The position numbers and the translations under genes are program-made. The notes under the pieces were generated by a model. The model saw only the letters and a program-made list of their open reading frames with translations, ran no database searches and was not told the DNA's origin. From Bispira polyomma (Eukaryota), in contig OZ287751.1 of assembly GCA_965649765.1 (NCBI GenBank), positions 63,736,001 to 63,800,000 on the forward strand: a stretch of 64,000 nucleotides of DNA, given 5' to 3'. Each line of letters begins with the position of its first letter. The stretch's first letter is position 1. This document shows, one piece after another, positions 61,039 through 64,000 of this stretch.

Positions 61039-62589
61039 GAATTTTTTTAACTTTACTTGTGTGACCCGTACATAGTACATGTGTCATGCATAGTAAAAAT
61101 ATGGAGAGAACAAAAATTAAATTATCGTGTCATTATATATATTGTAATAGCTGCCTATTTTTAGATTTTTTCCAACTACGCAATACATCCCTTCCTTACA
61201 CAGGAGGCTACACACAAGCACTTGTAATATCCAAACTAGCACTATGGAAATGCACTATACTATGGACTGCCGCAAACACTGATTCAAAAACATAATTCTT
61301 CTTTTAGTACTTTTTTAAAAAAAATTGTAAAGGTGCTTAGTAGTAGGCGCTATATTAAAGGGTAATGTAATGTGTGTTGTGAAGTCAGTCACCTCACTCC
61401 TGTGTGTGTTTTTGGTGGCCTGTCACAAGGACACTGTCCTATGCATGTTTAAAATCTCATTTATCTTTATTTATAGTTAGCCACAGATCCCCAGAGATAT
61501 TATAACCCTGCACTCAACTAGACCACTAGCAGTCTCTTCACAGAGTGTAACAAACCGAATTACCCATCTCCTGGCCCAGATTACACACCACTAGTAATCC
61601 TATCCCACAATCCATAATCTCATTAGAATGGATCCTTTGTAAGAAGAAGCCACAAGTAGAAGTGGAGGTGATCAATTTTTTCCTCTACAGAAGCAGAATG
61701 CTGTTTGTTATAGAGGAGTGGATACAAGTATCAATTTTTAATAGCAGAGGTGCTGTGCAAATGAATTGTGTCAAAACAACCACAAAGTTGTCCCTAGATT
61801 ATGTTAACTTAATGATCAATGAGGTTTTGTGAGCCATGTTAAGTCAAATAACACTATGTTTATAAACAACACACATGTAGTTCCATTTTACTTCTTTATT
61901 GGCCCATTCACACTTTGGCGGTATGGGAGACTGTGCCAGAAGATACCACAAGATACTGTAACTTTACTTTACACCTGTTAAATTGGCTGTTCCTTCCAGC
62001 CCAAACATAACCCCCTGACACTTGTTTAGATAAGTTTTACACACAGAAACAAATAAATAAAGCCGGGAATAGACAATTACTACCATGCAATACTTACAGT
62101 AGGAGTTGCTATAGTGTTTCGGTAAAAGTTGAACATGAGCGAAAACAGGTGGAAATAGGCAGAAACAGTAGTGATTTGGCAATACTAGGAAATATTAAGA
62201 GGCAACACAGAAGGATTACTCTACCTTGTTCCACCTTGTTGAGGCAGAAGTTCTGACCCTACCCAAAACTTCCGCCTCGCATGGTCGATTGTATAAGGTT
62301 GTGATGAAAGAAGTTGAACTTAGAGGAAGTTTGGGATAGGGTTCTCTGTGCAAAGAAATAATTTCCGTCACAGTTTGAATGTCACTAAAAAGTTTTAATT
62401 GACAAAGTTCAGATGTTTAGACTGGTCCCTGTAGCAGTAATTGTAAGTAATTTCTTACAAATTAGTTTTCTCTTGGGGTTAAGCATACAATATATTGATA
62501 TTTAATCACGGTACCATGTTATTGTCTTTAAAACATTCCTTATTTCCCTTGCTTTCACCCATGTATTTTGGTTTGTTGTTAGCGGGCAT

Positions 62590-63075
62590 ATTAAACTGTT
62601 TGAAATAATCATGGCAGAGCTCTCCATTTCTCGAGGACGTCTCCAATCGTCTGTATAAGTAGCATAATGTAGCATAACATAGCATAACGTAGCAGTAAGT
62701 ATCAGTAAGTAATGATTTCATCTCCACTCATCTGTATTCATCGTGAAATGTTTCACTAAGTAGCAGAACGCAGTAGAACACAGCAGTAAGTAGCAGTAAG
62801 TAGCTCTATGTAATAATACAAAGTGATATCCTACCAGTAAAGTGTTCGATTTTTGCCCCCGCTCCGTGTGTACAAGTACCAACATCGTCACAAAACGTCA
62901 CAACCGACTACACCTTTATGGGAATGACTTCACTTTGACACGAAACTACCCCGTTTTCAGTTTATGTGGCTTTATGCAAGCTCACGTTTATATACGTTTA
63001 ATAAGCAAAATTTGTTTTAGATTTGTTTTTGATACGTTTTTATCTTCGAAACGGAAGCCTAGTGTGACCAGGGCA
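62590..63075. mobile_element. Harbinger-type MITE (5378 family); left end unclear
   Basis: GATATCCTACCAGTAAAG..CCCCGCTCCGTGTGTA..AAGTACCAA; right TIR GTGTGACCAGGGCA|TTA. Confidence 0.75.
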
Positions 63076-63191
63076 TTAGTTAACACTTTGGATACCACAA
63101 AAAGGTATACGGGCGATTACAAATTTGATTACAAATATGAATATATCTTATGTTCCAACAAATTATCCTTCTGATAATAAATAACAGTTAA

Positions 63192-63761
63192 GGTTGTTCG
63201 CTACCATTTTTTTCCCCAAAAAATAAATTTCAATATTTTTTCATGAAAATTGCAGAAAATGTGCTTTATTAAATTGTCTATTGGGAATCAGGTGTCATTT
63301 TGCCTTTTTATGAGCCACTCTGCTATAAATATTATGTTTATCTCCAGAAATATTCAAGATGTTTCCTATTATTTCAATAGAAACACAAGGTTTTGGGCTC
63401 TAAAAATTCTGAACAAACTGAGATTTTGGAAAATTTAGCGCTCTGACCCCCTGTTTTTTTCTCATATTTAGTTAGAGTTCATAATTTGCCACAACTGGGG
63501 AGAAAAAAAATAAAATTCTGTGGGGTGAAATTTTTTTAAAGTACCTTTTTATGGAATTTTTCCTTCCCAAAACAGGCTTTTCCATTGAAAACAATAGGCA
63601 AATAAATGAAAATACATACCACATTCAAAGCTCTGTAGATTTTGAAAGAGCAAGGTGTGACATAGTTTTTTTTAATATTTTTGTTCAACATATTAATCAA
63701 GCTTTTCATAAAACTTTTTTTTTGAAAATCTGTGGGGTCAAAAAAATGGTAGCTAACAACC
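63192..63761. mobile_element. Kolobok-type MITE
   Basis: TIR GGTTGTTCGCTACCATTTTTT (20/21); flanks TTAA and TTAT. Confidence 0.85.
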
Positions 63762-63898
63762 TTATGAGTCCTTAAATACATCAAATTACATGGGGCCGAA
63801 TCTATAGGAGTTACTTAACCTAGACCTACTTATCAGTGAAGGGCTTTGTACTTAATTTTACAAGGAAGGCAAGTTGTTATTTAGAAAAGTGTGGTCAC

Positions 63899-64000
63899 AA
63901 ACAAGAGTTGTCTTTTAAAAACAGATACAGGCACACCGTGTGAAATACACAAACGTTTACTCAGGCAAATCTGACATCCCTCACTTTGGACCATTTGATT
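63899..64000 (+). mobile_element. Helentron-like AACAAGAG-family repeat, cut by the window end
   Basis: AACAAGAGTTGTCTTTTAAAAACAGATACAGG..GTGTGAAATAC. Confidence 0.6.

Overview
AT-rich, repeat-dense animal genomic DNA (invertebrate, probably a mollusc or other lophotrochozoan; inferred from the repeat types). It holds one intact host gene, a class A peptide GPCR with a single coding exon (16344-17690, CNMamide-receptor-like). The rest is mostly mobile DNA: two divergent, full-length but nonsense-mutated tyrosine-recombinase (YR) retrotransposons on the minus strand (E1 ~31122-36363, E2 ~45769-51294; gag-RT/RNaseH-YR with no methyltransferase, i.e. Ngaro-like), a remnant of a third (~19.5 kb), a decayed PIF/Harbinger transposon (24027-27387), Harbinger- and Kolobok-type MITEs, Helentron-like elements, several tRNA-SINE families, L2 and Vingi LINE ends, and tandem arrays. 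The most notable signal is an architecture shared by E1 and E2. (i) A phase-1 splice donor inside gag and a phase-1 acceptor 6 nt after the pol stop would remove pol as a ~2.95 kb intron and yield an in-frame Gag(zinc finger)-YR fusion. (ii) I found no long ITRs or split direct repeats, only a short offset inverted repeat and a conserved 36-nt terminal motif. (iii) A paralogous empty site shows that E2 inserted without a TSD, whereas E1 carries an apparent circle junction and is flanked by a 532-bp host duplication. All alignments were made by eye, so boundaries of old repeats are approximate.
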